A DNA stretch of 64,000 nucleotides, from assembly GCA_964446825.1 (NCBI GenBank), contig CAYUQR010000003.1:69971-133970 (forward strand), given 5' to 3'. The DNA comes from an uncultured Rikenellaceae bacterium (GTDB taxonomy: Bacteria; Bacteroidota; Bacteroidia; Bacteroidales; VadinHA17). Position numbers and translations under genes: made by a program. Positions 55,872 to 64,000 of this stretch are shown piece by piece. Position 1 is the stretch's first letter. The number at the start of each line of letters is the position of its first letter. Below the pieces are notes generated by a model. The model did no database searches. It was given only the letters and a program-made list of their open reading frames with translations, and was not told the origin of the DNA.

Positions 55872-57095
55872 GTGCGACTATCATTATATATAGCAAAGAG
55901 GTATCTTTTCGCAAAAAAATCGCGGAATGCCATTAACGTTATTTCTGCTGTATCGGTGGCCGGGGTTGCGGTTGGCACAATGGCACTCATTATAATCCTT
56001 TCCGTTTTTAACGGACTGGAGACCATGGTAACTGCTATCTTCAACACATTTGATCCTGATCTGAAGATAGCTGCAGCTGAGGGCAAGACCTTCATTGCTG
56101 ATACTGCACGCCTGAAACTCCTGTCAAGTGTTGAAGGAGTATCATGTTATTCTCTCACCATTGAAGAGAATGCCCTCCTGAAATATGGCGACAGGCAGTA
56201 CATTGCAACCATTAAAGGTGTCGATAACAACTACGCTATGGTGACAAACATCGACAGTTCAATGTGGGAAGGGGAATTTACGCTGAAAAACGAAAAAGGA
56301 CGACCATATGCCATACCGGGTATCGGGGTGGCTCAATACCTGGGCATCAGGATCAATTTTATCAATCCTCTTATAATTATCTTCCCTAAAAAGGCAGGAA
56401 GCAGCACATTAAACCCCGAAGATGCTTTAAATAAAAAATACATTTTCCCCTCCGGCATCTTTGAGGTTGAAAAAGAATACGATTCCAAATATGTATATGT
56501 CCCTCTCGATTTTGCCCGTGAGGTGACACAAATTGATAAAGGAGTCAGTTCAATCGAGATAAAATTCAGGAATGATGCTGATCCGCGGTTAGTTCAGAAA
56601 AAGGTTACGAAGATATTCGGCAAGGGATTTGTTGTTCAGAACAGGTATGAACAACAGGAGATCTTTTATAAGGTAATGAAATCTGAAAGACTGGCTATCT
56701 TTTTTATACTGACACTTATACTTATTATAGCTTCATTCAATATAATCGGTTCTCTCACAATGCTTATAATTGAAAAAGAAAGGGATATTGAAATATTAAA
56801 GAGCCTGGGAGCCGATAATAACCTGATAAGAAAAGTATTCATATTTGAAGGATGGCTGATCTCAATAATAGGAGCCCTCACAGGTATTATTCTGGGCTTT
56901 CTGGTATGCTGGCTTCAGCAAAGATACGGTTTGGTCAAGCTTCAAAGCGAATCGCTCATTATGGATTCCTACCCGGTAGTTCTGAAGCTTAAAGATTTTA
57001 TTATTGTCCCGGGAACTGTTCTGTTAATAGGGTACTGGGCAGCATGGTACCCTGTAAGATTTCTGACAAAGAAATTCCTTAATAAGGATGTTTAA
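55872..57095 (+). CDS. FtsX-like (LolE-type) ABC transporter permease
   Basis: 407 aa, GTG start. LYIAKRYLFAKKSRNAINVISAVSVAGVAVGTMALIIILSVFNG and a C-terminal FtsX domain. Confidence 0.8.
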   Translation: MRLSLYIAKRYLFAKKSRNAINVISAVSVAGVAVGTMALIIILSVFNGLETMVTAIFNTFDPDLKIAAAEGKTFIADTARLKLLSSVEGVSCYSLTIEENALLKYGDRQYIATIKGVDNNYAMVTNIDSSMWEGEFTLKNEKGRPYAIPGIGVAQYLGIRINFINPLIIIFPKKAGSSTLNPEDALNKKYIFPSGIFEVEKEYDSKYVYVPLDFAREVTQIDKGVSSIEIKFRNDADPRLVQKKVTKIFGKGFVVQNRYEQQEIFYKVMKSERLAIFFILTLILIIASFNIIGSLTMLIIEKERDIEILKSLGADNNLIRKVFIFEGWLISIIGALTGIILGFLVCWLQQRYGLVKLQSESLIMDSYPVVLKLKDFIIVPGTVLLIGYWAAWYPVRFLTKKFLNKDV

Positions 57096-57180
57096 TAATC
57101 AATAAGTATATTTACAGTTAAGAAATAATGAATCTGCTGTCTTTCATAAAAATGGAAAAAACATCAAATACCGGGATATT

Positions 57181-57939
57181 ATGACCAGGTTTACTCTTCT
57201 CATACTTATCCTGTTTTCATTAATTACAGGGTCATGTTCAAGCCGTAAGAATAAACTTGACAGGAGTGGCATGATACCTGAACAGGACCTGACTTCAATA
57301 ATAAAAGACATTTATATCGCCAACGGGCTTCTGAGCCTTCCTGAAGTGCATGCATTGTATGTTCCGCCTGATTCCCTTTCAACATATAAAGAAGTGATAG
57401 GAAAATATGGCTACACAAAAGAGGCCATGGACAAAACAATGAAATACTATTTCATTAAGAAACCTAAAGAACTTGTTAAGATCTTTGATCATGTTCTTGG
57501 TACATTCAGTGCAATGGATTCAAGAATTGAAAAGGAGCTTTTGCTTGCAGAGAGCCGGGCTTCTAATTTATGGAAAGGAAAGGATCTCTACCTTTACCCG
57601 GAGTCTGCAGACAGTGATTCCACTTTTTTCAGCATTATAATCAAACCCGGTGTTTACACGCTTACATATACCCTTGCCCTGTTCCCTGATGATTATTCTG
57701 TCAACCCCCGTTTAAGCGCCTGGTATTGTCACCCCGACAGCATTGAAACAGGGAAGAGACACTGGATAAAAACTATCAACTATGTGAAAGACGGTCATCC
57801 TCATATATATACCAACTATATAACCATCCCCCAAAAATCATTTGTTCTTTTCAGAGGCTGGCTTTATGATTTCGATGAATATCCTGCTGATTTCAGCAGG
57901 CACCTGAGAATTGAAAAAATCTCAATGACAAACCCCTGA
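57181..57939 (+). CDS. lipoprotein, N-terminal DUF4296-like region (as recalled) with extra C-terminal domain
   Basis: 252 aa. Lipobox LITGSC and MIPEQDLTSIIKDIYIANGLL. Confidence 0.45.
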   Translation: MTRFTLLILILFSLITGSCSSRKNKLDRSGMIPEQDLTSIIKDIYIANGLLSLPEVHALYVPPDSLSTYKEVIGKYGYTKEAMDKTMKYYFIKKPKELVKIFDHVLGTFSAMDSRIEKELLLAESRASNLWKGKDLYLYPESADSDSTFFSIIIKPGVYTLTYTLALFPDDYSVNPRLSAWYCHPDSIETGKRHWIKTINYVKDGHPHIYTNYITIPQKSFVLFRGWLYDFDEYPADFSRHLRIEKISMTNP

Positions 57940-57942
57940 AAG

Positions 57943-59118
57943 ATGAAACGTTTGTCAGCACAATACATTATAACAAATACCGGACCTGCTCTTAAAAGAG
58001 CAATAGTAAATACAGAGGACGACGGGACTATTATCAGCATCGAGGAGACAGAAGGTGAACTTACTGAAAAACATACCGTTGAGTTTTATAATGGTATCAT
58101 TATTCCAGGTTTTGTCAACTGCCACTGCCACCTTGAGCTTTCGCACCTGAAAGGGGCTATTGCAGAAAGCGGGGGCCTGGGCTTTTTTATAGAACAGGTA
58201 AGAGGGACACGTGAAAACAACAAGGAGAATATAATAAAATCTGTTTACCTGGCCGATAATGATATGTACCAGGCAGGAATAGTGTTATGTGCTGATGTAT
58301 GTAATACTACCGATACTTTCAATTTAAAAAAGGAGAGCAGAATAAGGTACCTCAACCTGCTTGAAGCTTTTGGTATTGATCCGGATAAAGCCCGCCGCAG
58401 GATAGATGAAATAACCGATGTGGCAAAAACAGCCGGAAAAATGAACCTTCTTTATTCCTTTGTTCCGCATTCCACATATTCAATGTCGTTAAGCCTTTTA
58501 CGGCTTCTTAAAGAAATAACCAACAATAACAAGGTAACATCCATTCACTTTCTGGAAACGCCCGCGGAAAAATCTTTTCTGGAAGATCATTCGGGAACAC
58601 TTATGTTATCATATATAAGATCGGGATTGCTTCCGGCAAGGCTTGAAACAGTCAAAAGTCATGCTGATGCAGTGCTCAATGAGATAACCCCATCAGGAAA
58701 TCTTATACTGGTCCATAACACTTTTGCTGACAGGGAAACCATCTCGTTGGTTAAGAGGAGAGAAAATACCTACTGGTGTCTGTGTCCCAATTCCAATTAT
58801 TATATTGAAAAAGAGGTACCTCCTGTAACCCTGTTGCTTGAAGAAGGCTGTGAAATAGTAATCGGTACCGATAGTCTTGCTTCGAATACAAAACTTGATA
58901 TCCTCGCGGAACTTATTACTCTCCAGATGCATTATCCTTCTCTCGCTATCGAAGATCTGGTAGCATGGGGGACAATAAATGGAGCCAGGGCACTTGGGGC
59001 GGATAAAGATTTCGGGAAGATCGAGGCCGGGAAAAAACCGGGATTGCTGCTACTGCAGAATGTCGACCTGATAAATATGAAGCTTCTGCCGGAGAGTTAT
59101 GTGACAAGGCTTTTATGA
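57943..59118 (+). CDS. amidohydrolase-superfamily metallo-hydrolase
   Basis: 391 aa. HCHLELSH metal-binding motif near the N-terminus and GTDSLASN near the C-terminus. Confidence 0.75.
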   Translation: MKRLSAQYIITNTGPALKRAIVNTEDDGTIISIEETEGELTEKHTVEFYNGIIIPGFVNCHCHLELSHLKGAIAESGGLGFFIEQVRGTRENNKENIIKSVYLADNDMYQAGIVLCADVCNTTDTFNLKKESRIRYLNLLEAFGIDPDKARRRIDEITDVAKTAGKMNLLYSFVPHSTYSMSLSLLRLLKEITNNNKVTSIHFLETPAEKSFLEDHSGTLMLSYIRSGLLPARLETVKSHADAVLNEITPSGNLILVHNTFADRETISLVKRRENTYWCLCPNSNYYIEKEVPPVTLLLEEGCEIVIGTDSLASNTKLDILAELITLQMHYPSLAIEDLVAWGTINGARALGADKDFGKIEAGKKPGLLLLQNVDLINMKLLPESYVTRLL

Positions 59119-59178
59119 CCCCCCAGGCTGTTTAATCCATCCCCAAAAAATAAAAAAAGGCTTTTCTGCAAATAATGC

Positions 59179-59186
59179 TAATTTTG
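59179..59186 (+). promoter_or_regulatory. -7 box TAATTTTG (radical SAM / glycosyltransferase pair)
   Basis: 22 nt upstream of ATG 59209. Confidence 0.45.
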
Positions 59187-59208
59187 AAGCCTGAAAAAGT
59201 AATCTGAA

Positions 59209-59991
59209 ATGGCCACATTCCTGTTTGATGAAATAATATTCGGACCGGTGAAAAGCAGAAGGCTGGGTGTTTCTCTTGGTATAAATCTTTTACCCACAAA
59301 GAGAAAGATCTGTAATTTCAATTGTATCTACTGCGAATGTGGCCTGACAAGGAATATTGAAAAAGCTGTATCCCATCTGCCTCATCGTGAGGAGGTTTAT
59401 AAAGCTCTTGAGAACAAACTGGCAGAGATGAAAATCAATAAGCAGTCTCCCGATGTAATTACATATGCCGGCAACGGAGAACCCACTCTTCACCCGGAAT
59501 TCCCGGGAATAATAGATGACAGCATAATTCTGAGGAACAAATATTTCCCGGAAGCAGAGATAGCAGTGCTATCGAATGCAACCACGATAACACAGCCTTT
59601 GATAAAAGCTGCTCTTCTTAAGGCAGATAAAAACATCCTTAAGCTTGATTCAGCCTTTGATTCAACAATTAAATTACATAATCAGCCAAGAGTAAATATC
59701 AATGCGAAAGAACTTATTGAAAACCTTGCCGCATTCGACGGGAAGCTGATTATTCAGACCTTATTTCTTCAGGGGGAGTATAAAGGAAAGATTATTGACA
59801 ATACAACCAATGAAGAAATTGAAGCCTGGCTGAAGGCCATAAAGAAGATAAACCCCTCTGAAGTAATGATCTATACTATTTCGAGGGACACACCGTATGG
59901 TAATAAACTAAAAAAAGTACCTGTGACACGACTCAGGGAGATAGCTTCGATGGTTGAGAACCTGGGTATCAAAACACAGGTTTCCGGTTAA
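59209..59991 (+). CDS. radical SAM protein
   Basis: 260 aa. GPVKSRRLGVSLGINLLP then CNFNCIYCECG (CxxxCxxC). Confidence 0.8.
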   Translation: MATFLFDEIIFGPVKSRRLGVSLGINLLPTKRKICNFNCIYCECGLTRNIEKAVSHLPHREEVYKALENKLAEMKINKQSPDVITYAGNGEPTLHPEFPGIIDDSIILRNKYFPEAEIAVLSNATTITQPLIKAALLKADKNILKLDSAFDSTIKLHNQPRVNINAKELIENLAAFDGKLIIQTLFLQGEYKGKIIDNTTNEEIEAWLKAIKKINPSEVMIYTISRDTPYGNKLKKVPVTRLREIASMVENLGIKTQVSG

Positions 59992-59993
59992 GA

Positions 59994-61106
59994 TTGATTA
60001 AAAACAGAAACATACTGATTTGTCCCCTGGAATGGGGATTGGGTCATGCAGCCCGTATGATCCCTGTTGCCAGAGAGCTTCAGCAGATGAACTACAATGT
60101 TTTCATCGGTTCGGGGGAGAAGCATATGTCGCTTTTCCGGACTGAACTGCCAGGGCTAAGCTATATTGATTTCAAAGGATTCCGTCCGGAGTATTCCCGT
60201 TATCTGCCCCAGTATGCTGCAATGTTTTTTAAAATCCCCCTGCTTCTTTATCATATAATAAGAGAACACTACAGGCTGAAAAATATCATTCGTGACCATG
60301 AAATAGACATTGTGATCAGCGATAACCGTTTCGGATTATGGAACAGGGATATAACCACAGTATATGTGACCCATATGCCTAAGATACCGTTCCCTAAGCC
60401 TTTCCGGTTCCTCGAATTCGCAGGTGTTCTGTTGCACAGGGCGATAATAAACAGGTACACTTTATGCTTTATCCCCGATCTCCCGGGAGAGGATAATCTT
60501 ACCGGAAGATTATCTCACGGTTTAAAGCTACCCGGAAATGTAAGGTTCACTGGCATCCTTTCCAGGTTTATTTCTGACTTAACACCCCCGGGAGAGATAA
60601 AGGATATCATAAGACATAACACTATTATCCTGTCGGGACCGGAGCCACAGAGGACAATCCTAAAGTATGAACTGGCCAGTCTTCTTAAAGACTCTGAGAC
60701 AGTCAGTATCTTTCTTGAAGGAAGACCGGAAGAACCCCGGGCAACGGCCAGGTCAGGAAACATAATTTTTCACAACCATCTTCCTGCACCTGAAATGAAA
60801 AACTTGCTGATACAAAGCAACAGCATAATATGCCGGAGCGGGTACACCACAATCATGGACCTGGTAAGCCTGAATTGCAGCGCCTTACTCATTCCCACAC
60901 CGGGTCAGACCGAGCAGGAATACCTGGCTGAATATCTTTCCGGAAAAGGCTGGTTCAGTTCAATTCCCCAGAAAAAAATCAAAAAGGGGATCATCCTGCC
61001 AGCAAACGAAGCAATATGGCCATCTTCCGAAATTGTGTCGAAGAGCAAAGTGCTTCTGAAGGCTGCACTGGGTGAATTATCAGATAACCGTCATAAAAAG
61101 GGATAG
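59994..61106 (+). CDS. GT-B glycosyltransferase (MurG/GT28-like)
   Basis: 370 aa, TTG start. N-terminus ILICPLEWGLGHAARMIPVAREL and C-terminal CRSGYTTIMDL...PGQTEQEYLA. Confidence 0.55.
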   Translation: MIKNRNILICPLEWGLGHAARMIPVARELQQMNYNVFIGSGEKHMSLFRTELPGLSYIDFKGFRPEYSRYLPQYAAMFFKIPLLLYHIIREHYRLKNIIRDHEIDIVISDNRFGLWNRDITTVYVTHMPKIPFPKPFRFLEFAGVLLHRAIINRYTLCFIPDLPGEDNLTGRLSHGLKLPGNVRFTGILSRFISDLTPPGEIKDIIRHNTIILSGPEPQRTILKYELASLLKDSETVSIFLEGRPEEPRATARSGNIIFHNHLPAPEMKNLLIQSNSIICRSGYTTIMDLVSLNCSALLIPTPGQTEQEYLAEYLSGKGWFSSIPQKKIKKGIILPANEAIWPSSEIVSKSKVLLKAALGELSDNRHKKG

Positions 61107-61712
61107 TCCGAGAAGTCCCGTCAGAAACCCGAACCATACCTGCCGCGGGTTATGATAATCAAGACGCAATCGTGATGAAAGAACACCACCACCGATGATA
61201 ACTGCTGCTACAAGGTACCATATTAACGGAGTATACATTCTGAAGGAGAGTATCAAAATAACAGCCACAAGCGCTCCGGAGGCTATTGCGTGGAGCGATA
61301 TCTTCCACCAGTAATTGACTACAGTCGCGATCAGGGAAAGAAAAAATGCTGAATAAATAAATGACTTCAGGAAATAAGGTATCGGGAGGCGAAAAACAAT
61401 ATATGAACTGGCTGCATAAAGCACAGTTGCAATAATGAGAGGTATCTTTCTTTCTTCCCTGTTATTGATGGTCCACGATGAAATAATATTCCTGTGCATG
61501 AAAAACGGCAATAATGAAAGAGGCAGGAAAACATTGTTTACTATGACGACCAGCAATAATAGTTTCTTTATATCGTAAGGCATATAACCGAACAGGGTGG
61601 GTGCTGAAAAAATTATTGCCAGGCCATAGACAGGCATTAACAAAGGGTGAAATAGTATTGAGAGTATTCTTGCTGCAGAACCCCAGAAATCTCCGTATTT
61701 ATCAGTACTCAT
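61080..61712 (-). CDS. PAP2-superfamily-like integral membrane protein
   Basis: 210 aa with about 6 TM segments. KISLHAIASGA (C2-like) and SSRLRLDYHNPRQV (SRx5Hx3Q, C3-like). Its 3' end overlaps the convergent glycosyltransferase gene by 27 nt. Confidence 0.55.
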   Translation of the reverse strand: MSTDKYGDFWGSAARILSILFHPLLMPVYGLAIIFSAPTLFGYMPYDIKKLLLLVVIVNNVFLPLSLLPFFMHRNIISSWTINNREERKIPLIIATVLYAASSYIVFRLPIPYFLKSFIYSAFFLSLIATVVNYWWKISLHAIASGALVAVILILSFRMYTPLIWYLVAAVIIGGGVLSSRLRLDYHNPRQVWFGFLTGLLGLSLFMTVI

Positions 61713-61730
61713 AAATTTACATTTTTTATT

Positions 61731-63185
61731 TTATATCTCTCTTCTCAGCCTGGCAACCGGTATATTAAGCTGTTCCCTGTATTTTGCGACTGTACGGCGG
61801 GCTATCTGATAACCTTTTTCCTGCAGTATCTCTGTCAGTCTCTCATCGGTCAGCGGCCTTCGCTTTTGCTCATTATCGATACAATCCTGCAGTATCCTCT
61901 TGATCTCACGCGTGGACACTTCTTCTCCGCTGTCAGTCTGCAGGCCTTCGGAGAAGAAAAATTTCAAAGGCAGGATCCCGAAATGAGTCTGAATAAACTT
62001 ACTGTTAGCCACCCTTGATACCGTTGAAATATCGAGCCCGGTCATCTCAGCAACATCTTTAAGGATCATCGGTTTTAATCTCGTTTCATCGCCATCGATA
62101 AAGTATTCCTGCTGGTACTCCAGGATCGCATTCATTGTAAGAAGAAGTGTGTTCTGTCGCTGTTTAATTGCGTCGATGAACCATTTAGCAGAATCAATTT
62201 TCTGTTTAACAAACATAACAGCATCCTTCATCTCCTTTTTCTGACTTCTGTCCCTGCTATAGGATTGCAACATTTCGCTGTATGCAGAGCTAAGCCTCAG
62301 CTCCGGCAGGTTTCGCGAGTTAAGGTGCAGGTCGAAACCATCTTCAGACAGTTCCAGGATAAAATCAGGAATTATTGGCTGGGAGGTTTTACTGAACGGA
62401 TCATTAAAAACACCGCCCGGTTTCGGGTTAAGTTTCAATATCTCCTCAATAGCCTCTTTAAGCTCGTTTTCCGTGATCCCCAGCCTGGCAACTATCTTAT
62501 CATAATGTCTTTTACTGAACTCCTCAAAATATAAATCGAGAATTGTATATGCAAGATTCAGATCAGGTTCCATCTTCCCCCGCTTTTCAATCTGAAGCAT
62601 AAGACATTCCCTGAGTGATCTTGCACCGACACCAGACGGCTCGAGATCCTGAATGATCTTAAGTACCTCTAACAGCTCGCTTTCTGTTGTCTCAACATTC
62701 TGAAGAAAGGCAAGGTCATCAACAATGTTTGCAAGCTCTCTCCTCAGGTATCCATCCTCATCTATATTACCAAGGATGTATTCCCCCAGGACTTTTTGCT
62801 TATCGGTCAGATCGCGTAAACTGAGCTGAGATTCCAGATGTTCATGAAATGAAAAACCTACAGAGAAAGGAATTTCGCTCCTTTTTTCCTCATCTTTGCT
62901 CTGATTCTTCGTCTGAAGGCGATATTCAGGAATTTCGTCATCCTCGATATAATCATCGATGGTGAATTCTTCCTCGTCTTTATCCGTCTCCTCAAACTGT
63001 TCTTCTTCTTCTTCCGGTCGTATCTCCTCTTCCTCCTGTCCTTCCTCGAGTGCAGGATTATCTTCAAGTTCCTTTTTTATTCGCTGTTCAATCTGCAAAG
63101 TAGGTATTTCCAGCAGCTTAATCATCTGAATCTGCTGCGGTGAAAGCTTCTGAAGCAACTTCTGCTGTAACCTTTGTTTTAACAT
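61731..63185 (-). CDS. rpoN: RNA polymerase sigma-54 factor
   Basis: 484 aa. Gln/Leu-rich N-terminus, acidic region, HTH, RpoN box ARRTVAKYRE. Confidence 0.95.
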   Translation of the reverse strand: MLKQRLQQKLLQKLSPQQIQMIKLLEIPTLQIEQRIKKELEDNPALEEGQEEEEIRPEEEEEQFEETDKDEEEFTIDDYIEDDEIPEYRLQTKNQSKDEEKRSEIPFSVGFSFHEHLESQLSLRDLTDKQKVLGEYILGNIDEDGYLRRELANIVDDLAFLQNVETTESELLEVLKIIQDLEPSGVGARSLRECLMLQIEKRGKMEPDLNLAYTILDLYFEEFSKRHYDKIVARLGITENELKEAIEEILKLNPKPGGVFNDPFSKTSQPIIPDFILELSEDGFDLHLNSRNLPELRLSSAYSEMLQSYSRDRSQKKEMKDAVMFVKQKIDSAKWFIDAIKQRQNTLLLTMNAILEYQQEYFIDGDETRLKPMILKDVAEMTGLDISTVSRVANSKFIQTHFGILPLKFFFSEGLQTDSGEEVSTREIKRILQDCIDNEQKRRPLTDERLTEILQEKGYQIARRTVAKYREQLNIPVARLRREI

Positions 63186-63224
63186 CTTTCCTTCTCAACA
63201 AGAATATTTATGTTCAGGGGTTTA

Positions 63225-64000
63225 TTAAAATTCAGCATTCCTGGGGGTCCTTGGAAACGGAATCACATCCCTGATATTCGACATCCCCGTAACAAACAAT
63301 ATAAGTCTCTCAAACCCCAGTCCAAAGCCGCTGTGCGGGGCGGTCCCGAATTTCCTTGTATCGAGATACCACCAGAGATCTTTTTCGGGCATCTTCATTT
63401 CTCTAATACGGGCAATAAGCCTGTCATATTGTTCTTCCCTCTGCGATCCGCCAATTATTTCACCTATTCCCGGGAATAAAACATCCATTGCCCTGACTGT
63501 TTTCCCGTCGTCGTTCTGCTTCATATAAAAAGCTTTGATCTCTTTCGGATAATCAATAAGGATAACGGGCCTTTTGAAATGCTCTTCGACCAGATACCTC
63601 TCGTGTTCCGCCTGCAGGTCGCGACCCCATCCGACCGGGTACTCCCATTTTTTCCCTGAAGCAGTCAGGATTGAGACAGCTTCAGTATAAGTTATTCTGA
63701 CAAATTCATTATCAAGAACGAATCTAAGCCGTTCAAGCAGACCTTTTTCGATCATATTATTAAGGAACTCCAGGTCTTCCCTGCAATTATCAAGAGCATA
63801 TTTTATCAGGTACTTGACAAATTCCTCGGCAAGATCCATATTGTCATTAAGGTCGTAGAATGCCATCTCCGGCTCTATCATCCAGAATTCGGCAAGATGC
63901 CGTGGGGTATTTGAGTTTTCTGCCCTGAAAGTTGGTCCGAAGGTATAGATGTCGCCAAGGGCAAGGGCTCCCAATTCTCCCTCAAGCTGCCCTGAAACAG
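63225..64000 (-). CDS. asnS: asparagine--tRNA ligase, C-terminal part (gene continues beyond right edge)
   Basis: [21 protein letters not shown] and GFGLGFERL class II motifs. The frame stays open to position 64000. Confidence 0.9.
   Translation of the reverse strand, partial: VSGQLEGELGALALGDIYTFGPTFRAENSNTPRHLAEFWMIEPEMAFYDLNDNMDLAEEFVKYLIKYALDNCREDLEFLNNMIEKGLLERLRFVLDNEFVRITYTEAVSILTASGKKWEYPVGWGRDLQAEHERYLVEEHFKRPVILIDYPKEIKAFYMKQNDDGKTVRAMDVLFPGIGEIIGGSQREEQYDRLIARIREMKMPEKDLWWYLDTRKFGTAPHSGFGLGFERLILFVTGMSNIRDVIPFPRTPRNAEF

Noticed and set aside
1-64000. Search for a mobile element, prophage, defence island, toxin-antitoxin pair, retron/DGR or CRISPR-Cas
   Set aside because: I recognised no integrase, transposase, reverse transcriptase, restriction/modification enzyme, Cas protein or phage structural gene among the ORFs. 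The gene content is core chromosomal throughout.

Overview
64-kb chromosomal window from an AT-rich Bacteroidota genome. This is inferred from gene content, A-rich leaders without Shine-Dalgarno sequences, and recurrent TAnnTTTG -7 boxes. I call about 57 densely packed protein-coding genes. I saw no rRNA, tRNA, CRISPR array, transposase, integrase, reverse transcriptase or recognisable defence gene. Most genes are housekeeping: pgk, tpx, holB, trmB, metG, trpS, asnS, glmS, panCD, radA, topA, PBP1A, rpoN, rbfA and Fe-S carriers. The window also holds an unusual concentration of type IX secretion (T9SS)/gliding genes. These are gldH (3.5 kb), a PorW/SprE-like TPR lipoprotein translationally coupled to porX (6.6-10.8 kb), and the core porP-gldK-gldL-gldM-gldN operon (38.9-44.7 kb). 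A six-gene nucleotide-sugar operon (wbpE/D/B/A-like, galE, rfbB) lies at 16.6-22.7 kb. The main unexplained items are as follows. (1) A tight four-gene envelope operon of unknown function on the minus strand (53328 down to 47807), 3 kb from gldN. It encodes a membrane-anchored beta-propeller protein, a lipoprotein, a beta-barrel candidate whose N-terminus resembles PorP/SprF, and a DUF4834-type mini-protein. This is my best candidate for an undescribed system. (2) GC-rich hairpin or short-word islands occupy most of the longer intergenic spacers. They include a helically phased 4+4 CTCTGTG/CACAGAG array, a 3-copy two-hairpin element, RCRCTAG heptamers and a 4-hairpin cluster. (3) An orphan plus-strand promoter-like site and intrinsic terminator lie between two minus-strand genes, a candidate small RNA. 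(4) A mirror-image 17-bp promoter duplication lies between trpS and rbfA. (5) Several degenerate or pseudo-enzyme genes are present: an arginase fold lacking metal ligands next to porP, a half-GlgA without KTGGL, an ATL-type MGMT, and a truncated LD-carboxypeptidase. (6) GldL carries a Gly-rich insertion. Family names prefixed DUF are recalled from memory and need HMM confirmation.
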